In this document: positions 9,654-17,458 of the stretch, piece after piece
How positions within the stretch are numbered: position 1 is the stretch's first letter
Layout: each line of letters begins with the position of its first letter
The notes under the pieces: model-generated
What the model saw: only the letters and a program-made list of their open reading frames with translations
Databases searched by the model: none
Told to the model about the DNA's origin: nothing
Origin: a virus
Taxonomy: Duplodnaviria > Caudoviricetes
DNA: 53,657 nucleotides
Reading direction: 5' to 3' (one strand)
Virus record (IMG/VR): IMGVR_UViG_3300042922_000451
Coordinates: 1-53,657 of that record
Made by a program: the position numbers and the translations under genes

Positions 9654-9807
9654 TTATAACCTCCGTAGAATCAACAAAAGCTGCTATTAAAATAGACACC
9701 CAAGACCACAATATTATTGCGCCAGTTGCTTTATTGAATTCATAAATTATCAAAGCCAACCAAACTAGTAATGCTCCAATTAATGATATCCATATACTTT
9801 TCTTCAT
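9637..9807 (-). CDS. 56-aa two-TM membrane protein (not in ORF track)
   Basis: MKKSIWISLIGALLVWLALIIYEFNKATGAIILWSWVSILIAAFVD...; AGGAGG RBS. Confidence 0.65.
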   Translation of the reverse strand: MKKSIWISLIGALLVWLALIIYEFNKATGAIILWSWVSILIAAFVDSTEVINEKEM

Positions 9808-9865
9808 AGTATATCCTCCTAAAAATCAAAAGATAAGTACCATGTTTAATGATACTTTCTCTTCA

Positions 9866-10129
9866 CTATTCGACTTCATACTTTACGTTTTCAATTATAT
9901 TTCTTATATTCTGCACATCTTCCACAACTTCGTCTATTTTACTTTCAGTATATTTTGTTGCAGCTTCGCTTATCATGCTAGTTAACACAAAACCACCAAT
10001 CCCCATACAAACTTTTGTTGCTAGTTTTAATGGTCCTGGTGTCGTATATTTAATCGCATTTTTAACAATTGCTCCAACTCCTACTGAAACTATAATATTA
10101 CTAACTGCTTTTATTGTACTTTTGTTCAT
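9866..10129 (-). CDS. Hypothetical membrane-associated cassette protein
   Basis: Start at ATG after GAAAGGTGG; the track's TTG start is part of the RBS; followed by hairpin and T-run. Confidence 0.7.
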   Translation of the reverse strand: MNKSTIKAVSNIIVSVGVGAIVKNAIKYTTPGPLKLATKVCMGIGGFVLTSMISEAATKYTESKIDEVVEDVQNIRNIIENVKYEVE

Positions 10130-10160
10130 AATAATTCCACCTTTCAAGTTTTAGTCTCTC

Positions 10161-10185
10161 ATTATAGCATATGTTTTTCATGCGA
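10161..10185 (-). promoter_or_regulatory. TCGC-box promoter copy 1
   Basis: TCGCATGAAAAACATATGCTATAAT. Confidence 0.8.
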
Positions 10186-10233
10186 TTTAAAAAATAGAAT
10201 GCTATGTAATCATAACACTCTATTTGTTGATCA

Positions 10234-10449
10234 TTAATCTTGATCATCTGGTTTTTCTGATAAATCTCCAGGTTCATTTCCTTCTTCAGAATAATCCATA
10301 TTATTTCCTACTGCCTCAACAAAGTGAATCTCTTCTGGTGTATCTTTCTTTGTAACTAATGCTAATCCTAGCAAAGCTCCTCCGATAATTAACGCCTTTT
10401 TAGCAATTTCACCTTTGTTTGATTTGATAATGTCTAATATTTTTTTCAT
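10234..10449 (-). CDS. Single-TM protein with acidic tail
   Basis: ALIIGGALLGLALV; has its own promoter and a terminator at ~10188-10226. Confidence 0.7.
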   Translation of the reverse strand: MKKILDIIKSNKGEIAKKALIIGGALLGLALVTKKDTPEEIHFVEAVGNNMDYSEEGNEPGDLSEKPDDQD

Positions 10450-10480
10450 TTTTTAATTCCACCTTTCAAATATATCTTTC

Positions 10481-10505
10481 ATTATATGGTATGTAATTTT
10501 CGCGA
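10481..10505 (-). promoter_or_regulatory. TCGC-box promoter copy 2
   Basis: TCGCGAAAATTACATACCATATAAT. Confidence 0.8.
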
Positions 10506-10508
10506 GCA

Positions 10509-11339
10509 TTAATAATCTCTAGTCACATACTTTGGTTCAGTTTCAAAATCTAATGATAAACACGGACGTCCGTCATCTGTTAAATGACTACTAAAATATG
10601 GTTTAATCAAATCACTACCAACTTGGTCTAAATGCCATCCAACAAGGTCCCCCAACTTAGTGCCTTCCAATCCAAGTTCTTGATAAACCTGACTTAATGA
10701 TATAAACATATCACTCATTAAATCTCTGCTAAGTTTATTCAAAGCAGCTCTTATTTTATCAGCATCACTTTTAAAGTATCTGCCAGACATGACATCATAA
10801 CATAAAGTCTCTCCACTTCCAGTGATTATTACTTCGTTTTTACTAACTGGATTCTTATTTATTTTATCTTGTTTAACATCGTCTGATATTTTCTGTTCTT
10901 TTGTTTTACCTACCACCTCAACTACTTTTGCTTGATATTCCTTCAGAGCAGTTTCAGATATAGAATATAAACTGACTAGAGCTGCATTTCTACGTAGGTT
11001 TATACTATTTGCACCAACAATACATGCTATTGTGGCACCCCCCATAAGAACTGTCGGTACATAGCATTTCCATGTTAGTTTAATTACTTCTTTTTTAGTG
11101 AAATCTTTTATTATTTCATTAACTGGTGGAACCATCTTAGTTTTACCATCTATAGTCACTTCCCCATCTCTTCTCTTTCTAAAGGTCTCATCCTGAAGAA
11201 TTTGTAGAGCTTTAGGGGTAGCTCTAATACCCATTATAGTAGTACCAATCATACCAGCCACACTTATGCCTGTTAATATGGTTGGTGAATTTTTAGAAGT
11301 AAAACTACCTATCGATTTAGTTAACGATTTTATATCCAT
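10509..11339 (-). CDS. DUF6353-like phage protein, paralog of 6593-7525
   Basis: NSPTILTGISVAG, RRNAALVSLY, SLSQVYQELG..VGW. Confidence 0.7.
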   Translation of the reverse strand: MDIKSLTKSIGSFTSKNSPTILTGISVAGMIGTTIMGIRATPKALQILQDETFRKRRDGEVTIDGKTKMVPPVNEIIKDFTKKEVIKLTWKCYVPTVLMGGATIACIVGANSINLRRNAALVSLYSISETALKEYQAKVVEVVGKTKEQKISDDVKQDKINKNPVSKNEVIITGSGETLCYDVMSGRYFKSDADKIRAALNKLSRDLMSDMFISLSQVYQELGLEGTKLGDLVGWHLDQVGSDLIKPYFSSHLTDDGRPCLSLDFETEPKYVTRDY

Positions 11340-11353
11340 TTGTTATTCCTCCT

Positions 11354-11668
11354 TTATAAAAATTCTTTTAACGGAATAATTTCTCCATCAGAATTAGCGA
11401 TGTTTAAATGTCCAACACTCTGTTCTAATTTCCGATAGTCATACTCCGATATACAAATTAAATTTAATCTAAATTGTGTTGCCATATTTGCGAAGTCTGG
11501 TGATTCTTTTATTGTTAGAAGATCTTGATGATTCTCTAATAATTCACGAATTAATTGTTCTATTAGAGATTCCTTAATTGAGTTCATTAAATATTCTTTA
11601 CCATGAACTAATTCTTCATTAGATATTTTTAATCGTGCTCGTATCAACTGGTGTTTTTTCATTTTCAT
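11354..11668 (-). CDS. Hypothetical protein, paralog of 11619-11999
   Basis: MKKHQLI..IS..ELV shared N-terminus. Confidence 0.7.
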   Translation of the reverse strand: MKMKKHQLIRARLKISNEELVHGKEYLMNSIKESLIEQLIRELLENHQDLLTIKESPDFANMATQFRLNLICISEYDYRKLEQSVGHLNIANSDGEIIPLKEFL

Positions 11669-11999
11669 TCTCCTTTAAAAAAAAGTTTTTTAATAATATT
11701 TTAATATCATCTATTGTCAGATCTCCAGTATCATTACATATTTGATTAATAATCCAGTTCATTCGATCATTATCATCATGTTGAATGGCTACCAAATTTA
11801 ACGTGTAAACCGTTAAATTATTTTTGAAATCTGTTTCAACTTCCATCTTTAAGAAATCACGATTTTCAGTACATAAATTTTTTATTAATTGGATTGTCAA
11901 GTAATCTTGAATGGTACTTTCAGTTAAAATAAGTGGAGCCTTTACTAATTCAGCCTCGGATATTGATGTTGTTACTTGTATTATCTGGTGTTTTTTCAT
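11619..11999 (-). CDS. Hypothetical protein, paralog of 11354-11668
   Basis: Start placed at MKKHQII after GAAAGGAG. Confidence 0.7.
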   Translation of the reverse strand: MKKHQIIQVTTSISEAELVKAPLILTESTIQDYLTIQLIKNLCTENRDFLKMEVETDFKNNLTVYTLNLVAIQHDDNDRMNWIINQICNDTGDLTIDDIKILLKNFFLKENENEKTPVDTSTIKNI

Positions 12000-12000
12000 T

Positions 12001-12231
12001 TTAGTTCTCCTTTCTAAATGCTTTATAACTAATAAATAAATCATTAACCCAATCTTTATTATTGCCTAATTCTGGATCTATAAAGCTAGCACCAATTAAA
12101 ATTTCTCTATATCCATCGCTATCCGTAACATCCCATATTTCTCTAACTATACATGTTTTTCCCTTATTTTTACCAAACAATGGACTAACGTGATTTCCGC
12201 TTTTTAAAGTTTCAAATTCTTTTAATTTCAT
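12001..12231 (-). CDS. Small KOW-like protein
   Basis: G.NKGK..IVR motif shared with 12483-12875. Confidence 0.65.
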   Translation of the reverse strand: MKLKEFETLKSGNHVSPLFGKNKGKTCIVREIWDVTDSDGYREILIGASFIDPELGNNKDWVNDLFISYKAFRKEN

Positions 12232-12254
12232 GGCGATATCCCTTTCGATTTTTA

Positions 12255-12452
12255 TTATTTATTTTTAGATTGAATAGCGAATTGATATAGTAAAAATGGC
12301 CACAATAATTCAATTACTAAGAATAAACAACACAATACCCAAACTATATGAAGTTCTGATTCATATGAATCCATCTTAAACAATACAATAATGTATAAAA
12401 TCAGACCAATTAATAGGTATATTCCTATAAACACATTTATTATAATTTGCAT
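12255..12452 (-). CDS. Two-TM membrane protein
   Basis: YLLIG...LWP pattern also seen in 17201-17431 and 17497-17691. Confidence 0.65.
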   Translation of the reverse strand: MQIIINVFIGIYLLIGLILYIIVLFKMDSYESELHIVWVLCCLFLVIELLWPFLLYQFAIQSKNK

Positions 12453-12482
12453 GGTGATTATTTCCTTTTCCTCTTTTATTTT

Positions 12483-12875
12483 TTATAAATCAATTTTTCT
12501 AATATGCATATTTACTATGTCAACGTCATCGTCATCGTCACATAATTTCATTTGTTCAAGCATTTTTTCAAGAGCATCTATAGCCTCTTGTTTAGATTCC
12601 GCAACGATCCATCCTATTATTCGATTTGGTTCAATTTCTTTTTCAATGAAATTTACTTGTGTATACTTAAACATATACCATTTGACCTTATCGATCTCAT
12701 ATTTTTTAAGTTCCTTGTTACTAAGTTCAAAACTACAATTTTTTGGTTCTAACCATACAAATCCAGTATCAGTACTTAAATGCCTAACAATACCTATTTT
12801 TCCTTTATTGCGACCGCGGTGTGTCACAATGAGTTCATCTCCAATATTTACATTTTTAAGTTGGTCTGCTTTCAT
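12483..12875 (-). CDS. KOW-like domain protein
   Basis: IGDELIVTHRGRNKGKIGIV; AAGGAG RBS. Confidence 0.65.
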   Translation of the reverse strand: MKADQLKNVNIGDELIVTHRGRNKGKIGIVRHLSTDTGFVWLEPKNCSFELSNKELKKYEIDKVKWYMFKYTQVNFIEKEIEPNRIIGWIVAESKQEAIDALEKMLEQMKLCDDDDDVDIVNMHIRKIDL

Positions 12876-12928
12876 TTTTATTAACTCCTTTCATTCTTTA
12901 CAATTATAGTAAATACTAATGATTCATT

Positions 12929-13246
12929 TTATTCACGGTACTTTTTATATAGATTTCTAATTTCATAATCTATATATGCCTGTTTATAGTTAATACTATT
13001 TTTTACTAAATCCATCACAACCATAAAATATTTAATGGCTCTAGTTAGCTCCTCAACACAAGCCCCTTTTTTCAACATATCTTTAATCAAATTAAACGCC
13101 CCACCAATCTTTGCATGGCGCATTTTAATACTTAATTCTGTCATTTCATCATAAGCTGGATAAGAAGCTTTAGGATCAAAGTTTCTAAGCTCCTCATTAT
13201 TGATTTGCATTTTGGTGATTTGTTCCAACACATTATTCTTTACCAT
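12929..13246 (-). CDS. Stand-alone paralog of an internal segment of the putative phage RNA polymerase (105 aa)
   Basis: 42/84 identical, ungapped, to residues 595-678 of 46989-49823; RBS TTGAAAGGAG before MVKNN. Confidence 0.85.
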   Translation of the reverse strand: MVKNNVLEQITKMQINNEELRNFDPKASYPAYDEMTELSIKMRHAKIGGAFNLIKDMLKKGACVEELTRAIKYFMVVMDLVKNSINYKQAYIDYEIRNLYKKYRE

Positions 13247-13270
13247 TTCATTAACTCCTTTCAATTTTAG

Positions 13271-13343
13271 AAAAAAATATAGGCATAGCACTTCTCCCAT
13301 TTCAGGGCGTTTTAACTTTTAAACTATTAACGGCTGCTATTCC
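13271..13343 (-). ncRNA. Candidate structured small RNA or terminating leader A
   Basis: Lies between promoter copy 3 and a U7 tract. AGGAAUAGCA/UGCUAUGCCU closes two inner hairpins (CGUU/AACG; CCC-UGAAAU-GGG). No ORF with an RBS. Confidence 0.55.
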
Positions 13344-13347
13344 TTTC

Positions 13348-13372
13348 ATTATATGCTATGTAATCTTCGCGA
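13348..13372 (-). promoter_or_regulatory. TCGC-box promoter copy 3
   Basis: TCGCGAAGATTACATAGCATATAAT. Confidence 0.8.
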
Positions 13373-13373
13373 G

Positions 13374-13565
13374 CTAGTCAGCAAGAAGCCAAAGTTTTCC
13401 ATAATATAATACAGCTTCATTATATAATTCCTGAGTTACCAATGTAGTTTCATTAAGTCCCTTTGCCCATAAAACAGCCCTACTAGAATACGCATATTCC
13501 TCTGGGTATATTTTTGATAATTCTATAGTGGTGTTTTGTATTAGTCTTTTTATTTTTTCATTCAT
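13374..13565 (-). CDS. Hypothetical protein, paralog of 15791-15979
   Basis: KIYPEE...SR...W...Y..A....G.LWL shared. Confidence 0.7.
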   Translation of the reverse strand: MNEKIKRLIQNTTIELSKIYPEEYAYSSRAVLWAKGLNETTLVTQELYNEAVLYYGKLWLLAD

Positions 13566-13626
13566 AATAATTCCACCTTTCAAAAAATATGATGCTAAGT
13601 TTCCTTAACATCTTTTGTAAACTAAT

Positions 13627-13815
13627 TTATTCTTTTTCAACGGTTATCCTTACGTGGTCAGCTTTACACTTTATCTTAATTGTGTCTTTAGTATTTCCTT
13701 CTTGGCTCTTATTAGGATTAGGAATTTCAAATTCCATTTCATAATTTCTAGCTTCGAATAAAACACCCTTCTTCATCAATGCAGATACAAGCATATCTTT
13801 TATATTTCCTAACAT
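13627..13815 (-). CDS. Hypothetical cassette protein
   Basis: RBS GAAAGGGG; followed by GATGTTAAG-GAAA-CTTAGCATC hairpin and T-run. Confidence 0.7.
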   Translation of the reverse strand: MLGNIKDMLVSALMKKGVLFEARNYEMEFEIPNPNKSQEGNTKDTIKIKCKADHVRITVEKE

Positions 13816-13850
13816 AATAATATCCCCTTTCAAAAATAAGTTTATCTTTC

Positions 13851-13875
13851 ATTATACCCTGTGTAATTTCTGCGA
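13851..13875 (-). promoter_or_regulatory. TCGC-box promoter copy 4
   Basis: TCGCAGAAATTACACAGGGTATAAT. Confidence 0.85.
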
Positions 13876-13877
13876 GC

Positions 13878-13994
13878 AAAAAAGAAAGAGTACTAATGGA
13901 CTCCCTCGACTAAATACTATAAACTCCACCTTATAGTTTGCGATGTTAATATCTTTCAATATTATCCTCTTAGTGTTCATTGGCTTGAACTTCT
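13878..13994 (-). ncRNA. Candidate structured small RNA B
   Basis: Lies between promoter copy 5 and terminator GAGGGAGU/ACUCUUUC-U6. Hairpins GUUCA/UGAAC, AAUAUU-GAAA-GAUAUU and ACUAUAA/UUAUAGU; ACUAA/UUAGU closes a junction. Confidence 0.6.
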
Positions 13995-13999
13995 CTTTC

Positions 14000-14024
14000 A
14001 TTATACCCTGTGTAATTTCTGCGA
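14000..14024 (-). promoter_or_regulatory. TCGC-box promoter copy 5
   Basis: TCGCAGAAATTACACAGGGTATAAT, identical to copies 4 and 8. Confidence 0.85.
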
Positions 14025-14038
14025 GCAAAAAAAGAAGA

Positions 14039-14233
14039 CTAAGCTTCTTTCGCTATAATCTCCATTTCTTTTATTTTTTGTAATCCTTTATCTATTTTTT
14101 TCTGTAAATCCTTATTTAATTCTTTTTCAGTTCTAATCTCCTTAAGTCCCTTCAAACCTTTATATATCATTACTATACCCGCTATCATTAATGCTCCGCG
14201 TAATCCTAATTCCACTTTATTGTTTGTAAACAT
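14039..14233 (-). CDS. Single-TM coiled-coil cassette protein
   Basis: AGGAGG RBS; ends KEA-stop inside the terminator. Confidence 0.75.
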   Translation of the reverse strand: MFTNNKVELGLRGALMIAGIVMIYKGLKGLKEIRTEKELNKDLQKKIDKGLQKIKEMEIIAKEA

Positions 14234-14268
14234 AATTAATTCCTCCTAAAATTCTTATTAATTCTTTC

Positions 14269-14293
14269 ATTATATACTGTGTAATTTCCGCGA
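14269..14293 (-). promoter_or_regulatory. TCGC-box promoter copy 6
   Basis: TCGCGGAAATTACACAGTATATAAT. Confidence 0.8.
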
Positions 14294-14308
14294 GGATAGA
14301 ATTATTCA

Positions 14309-14710
14309 CTATTCAGACTTTGGGTGATCCGTAGAATCAATATAGTTATAACTAACAGTCTCAGACCCATCAACTATCGGTATTCTTGAAGGTATATCTT
14401 GTAATTCTGGATGTTTTTCTTCCATCCACATAGCCCCTAATATATTCCAAGCCGCAGCAGTTAAATGGTCCTCGTCGGTTTGTCCGTCTAAATATTTTAA
14501 CAAATGTCTCATTCCACTATCAATCATAACACTAAGTGGAATTCCTTTTTCCCAATTTCTATCGGCATATTTTTTAGCACCTTCTTCATAATGTTTTGAT
14601 AATCTTAATAAAGCACACGCAGGTAATAAATCGCACCTACCCTTTCCATTAGGCATATCTCTAACCGCACCGGAACTAAATTCTCGTCTATTTCCACTAT
14701 CTTTTAACAT
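14309..14710 (-). CDS. dATP/dGTP diphosphohydrolase domain protein (DUF5664-like)
   Basis: GAVRD..GKGRCDLLP, GAKKYADRNWEKG, EDHLTAAAWN. Confidence 0.85.
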   Translation of the reverse strand: MLKDSGNRREFSSGAVRDMPNGKGRCDLLPACALLRLSKHYEEGAKKYADRNWEKGIPLSVMIDSGMRHLLKYLDGQTDEDHLTAAAWNILGAMWMEEKHPELQDIPSRIPIVDGSETVSYNYIDSTDHPKSE

Positions 14711-14734
14711 ATTATATCACCTCTGTTTTATATA

Positions 14735-15130
14735 TTATAGCATTTGATTTATTTTATACAATTGTTCGCGGTACATATCAGTATCGAAATTATGCCCGAA
14801 TCTCATCTTTCTAACCCTGGCCAAAGCCCAATCGCGCCGATCATGTTTTTTACCAATCATAAATGTTGACGCCCATGGTGTGGCATTGGGACTAATATAA
14901 AAATATAATGGTACCCATATTAATTTTCCTCCATATGAGAAGAAGTCCACAATTCCACAGAAAAGCGGTAATCTGAAACATATATACCCAAATTTTTTAG
15001 TGCTAAATGTTACACCAAAGTGCATAGCATTATCTCCAAAAATCGTTAGCTTACCAATACTAATGTGTCCGCCTATTATTCTATTTAAGAATCTACCAAT
15101 CTTTCTCTTCACAATATATTTATTAATCAT
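14735..15130 (-). CDS. Hypothetical protein
   Basis: 131-aa ORF in an operon with thyX. Confidence 0.65.
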   Translation of the reverse strand: MINKYIVKRKIGRFLNRIIGGHISIGKLTIFGDNAMHFGVTFSTKKFGYICFRLPLFCGIVDFFSYGGKLIWVPLYFYISPNATPWASTFMIGKKHDRRDWALARVRKMRFGHNFDTDMYREQLYKINQML

Positions 15131-15141
15131 ATTACCATCCC

Positions 15142-15765
15142 CTATTTCAATAATTTTACTATATCTTCAAATATTACCGGCATTACTTCATATAATTCCA
15201 TTAATAATGGTACAGTCACTTCTCTTATTTGTGGATGCGCAGCCTGTGACGTACGTAGCCTCAAGAAGTGTCTCCACTCACGTATGTTCGCTGTCATTAT
15301 TATATCTGTCTTGAGACTATTTGGTAATACCGAACGAGCTTCTTGTGGTGTTGCTCCATCATTTAATAATGATATATAATTATATTCTGCTACTTCACAC
15401 GACCTTTTCCATTTGTCATATTCTTCATCCGTCGATTCCCAGAATAATGGCTCAATAACCGTTATTTCATCAGCTTTTCCATAATTACAATATCGCGTTG
15501 ACTCTTGTGAAAATGATGCTATTCTATGACGCACTATCTCATGAGATATCCCCCTATCCACAATAAAGCGTACTGAGAAGCTAACATGTTCTAGCACAGA
15601 TTCGTGTCCTCTATTTATGATGTTTACAATAAACTTCTCAGCTGAGCTTACTGTTATTTTTTCTTCAGATTTATAACAAACTCGTCCACAAAGTTCTATT
15701 TTTTTCAGAATATCGTGCCCTTTCAATTCATCTATAATTGAGTAACTAGCTTTAATAATGTTCAT
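15142..15765 (-). CDS. thyX: Flavin-dependent thymidylate synthase
   Basis: HESVLEH, RHRIASFSQESTRY, ARSVLP, AHPQIR motifs. Confidence 0.95.
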   Translation of the reverse strand: MNIIKASYSIIDELKGHDILKKIELCGRVCYKSEEKITVSSAEKFIVNIINRGHESVLEHVSFSVRFIVDRGISHEIVRHRIASFSQESTRYCNYGKADEITVIEPLFWESTDEEYDKWKRSCEVAEYNYISLLNDGATPQEARSVLPNSLKTDIIMTANIREWRHFLRLRTSQAAHPQIREVTVPLLMELYEVMPVIFEDIVKLLK

Positions 15766-15790
15766 ATATTTTCCTCCCTATTATTTTAAT

Positions 15791-15979
15791 TTATTTTCTA
15801 GTATAAAGCCATAAGTCGCCAAAATGACTCTTAGCCTGTTCGTAAAAGTCTAGAGTTATTAAACCATCAATTAAAGCCATAGTCCACACACTCCATCTAC
15901 TGCCACCATCAGCTTCTTCCGGATATATTTTTAATAACTCAGTTGTTTTCTCATCAAAAATTTCAATATTTACTTCCAT
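15791..15979 (-). CDS. Hypothetical protein, paralog of 13374-13565
   Basis: Paralogy; GAAAGGAGG RBS. Confidence 0.7.
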   Translation of the reverse strand: MEVNIEIFDEKTTELLKIYPEEADGGSRWSVWTMALIDGLITLDFYEQAKSHFGDLWLYTRK

Positions 15980-16011
15980 GGTAATCCTCCTTTCAAAAAA
16001 TAAAAAGAAGC

Positions 16012-16170
16012 TTATTCAGCTTCCTTCTTTAAATTCTTTTTAATTTTTATTACAAATTTAATATTATCGATAAATGCATCTCCTAGATTTGTTATGTATT
16101 CTACCACCATAATAATTGTCATGATTGGTAAGTATAATAGACCTACTATAAAATATAAAATCTTTTTCAT
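16012..16170 (-). CDS. 52-aa membrane cassette protein (not in ORF track)
   Basis: MKKILYFIVGLLYLPIMTIIMVVEY...KKEAE; AGGAGG RBS; own promoter and terminator. Confidence 0.75.
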   Translation of the reverse strand: MKKILYFIVGLLYLPIMTIIMVVEYITNLGDAFIDNIKFVIKIKKNLKKEAE

Positions 16171-16196
16171 ATTAATTCCTCCTAAAAATTTATTTC

Positions 16197-16221
16197 ATTA
16201 TATGATATGTAATTTCAGCGA
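16197..16221 (-). promoter_or_regulatory. TCGC-box promoter copy 7
   Basis: TCGCTGAAATTACATATCATATAAT. Confidence 0.8.
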
Positions 16222-16223
16222 GC

Positions 16224-16333
16224 AAAAAAAAGAGCTAGGGCTGACGACCCAACGAAAATCGTCATTAGGGAGTTTCTCTGCTCCCGCCTAGTAGAGTGGA
16301 CTATTGCTCCACCACCTTCGTGTCTTACTACTC
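16224..16333 (-). ncRNA. Candidate structured small RNA C (two three-way junctions)
   Basis: GC-rich island between promoter copy 8 and U8. AGUAG/CUACU closes CAC-GAAG-GUG and GUGGA/UCCAC; CUAGG/CCUAG closes GGGAG/CUCCC and UGACGAU/GUCGUCA. Confidence 0.7.
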
Positions 16334-16337
16334 TTTC

Positions 16338-16362
16338 ATTATACCCTGTGTAATTTCTGCGA
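16338..16362 (-). promoter_or_regulatory. TCGC-box promoter copy 8
   Basis: TCGCAGAAATTACACAGGGTATAAT. Confidence 0.85.
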
Positions 16363-16393
16363 GCTAATTATTCTTCATGATAATTTATCATAT

Positions 16394-17143
16394 CTAAAAT
16401 AACCCGTTCAACAAATTAATTAATGGTATTGCTATTCTTTTATGACCGTCTTCATTTGGATGCACCCCATCTCCCTTATTAGAATAATATTTCTCAAACA
16501 TATACCCATTATTAGGATTTAATCCACTATATTTATTTGTGTCATATATAATACATCCATACAATTCAGAAATATCTCTAATAGCTTTTCTATAATCGCC
16601 TAATAAAGCTCCTGTAGCATTTTTAGTATAATCAAATACATTATCTCCGTACGTAGCAATTAACGGCGTCATTAATACTATTTTAGCCTTAGGGTACATA
16701 GCTTGCATATTATATATTGTCTCACCCAGTGCCCCTATAAATGTTTTTCTATCAGTAGAGAAGTCACCTATTGGTACATTCATCGCATAATCATTGGTAC
16801 CACCAAATATAACGATTATATCAAAGTAATCTCTAGGATATTCTTTTATGATGTCTTTATATCTATCTACAAATGCCCCATATTTAGCATTGTTATTCTC
16901 TGCAATAGTTGACTCGTTTTGTCCAAAATTATAACAGTTAGCTCCTGTTTCTTGTGCTATAATATCTATATACTTTTTAGTTCCATTCTTAGCAGTTAAG
17001 CTATCTCCTAAGAATACTATATTTTTATCACTCAATTTAGATTGGTTTTCTATTGACTCATTAGCGTTCGTACTTACCCTTGGTAACGTTGACCATAATA
17101 CCGATATAAATAACAAACCAATTGCTAATATTATTTTTCTCAT
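16394..17143 (-). CDS. Secreted SGNH/GDSL-family esterase
   Basis: Signal peptide; GDSL, GGTND and DGVHP catalytic blocks. Confidence 0.9.
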   Translation of the reverse strand: MRKIILAIGLLFISVLWSTLPRVSTNANESIENQSKLSDKNIVFLGDSLTAKNGTKKYIDIIAQETGANCYNFGQNESTIAENNNAKYGAFVDRYKDIIKEYPRDYFDIIVIFGGTNDYAMNVPIGDFSTDRKTFIGALGETIYNMQAMYPKAKIVLMTPLIATYGDNVFDYTKNATGALLGDYRKAIRDISELYGCIIYDTNKYSGLNPNNGYMFEKYYSNKGDGVHPNEDGHKRIAIPLINLLNGLF

Positions 17144-17200
17144 AATTTTACACCATCCTTTTTTAAATTATGTGATAATTTCATTAATAAAAAGGAAAGC

Positions 17201-17431
17201 CTAAGCTTCCTTATTGTTTTTATTTTCGCAATATAATCCAATATGATTTAATATTAATATAATTGACCAAAATAGTATTACTATTAGCATGCCTGTCACA
17301 CATCCCATTTTCCATCCTAAACGTTCATCTGCATCCTTCAAACCAATGTATTCATCTTTATTAAGTGATGCGCGTAAGGCCCAAATAGCATATACTACTC
17401 CTATCAATAAGTATGTAATTAATATAATCAT
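17201..17431 (-). CDS. Two-TM cassette protein
   Basis: AAGGAGG RBS; ends NKEA-stop. Confidence 0.75.
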   Translation of the reverse strand: MIILITYLLIGVVYAIWALRASLNKDEYIGLKDADERLGWKMGCVTGMLIVILFWSIILILNHIGLYCENKNNKEA

Positions 17432-17458
17432 TTTATATTCCTCCTTAAAATTTATTTC

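Noticed and set aside
10129-13833. Shared MKGGIIM/MKGDIIM N-terminal peptide in track ORFs 9866, 13374 and 13627
   Set aside because: Artefact of calling the TTG inside the TTGAAAGG RBS as the start; the real starts are the downstream ATGs
16232-16275. Hammerhead-like CTGACGA...GAAA...GTC on the plus strand
   Set aside because: Stems I, II and III cannot form as required, and the promoter points the other way
16224-16333. tRNA gene
   Set aside because: No T-loop GTTCRA and no cloverleaf; I found no tRNA in the window
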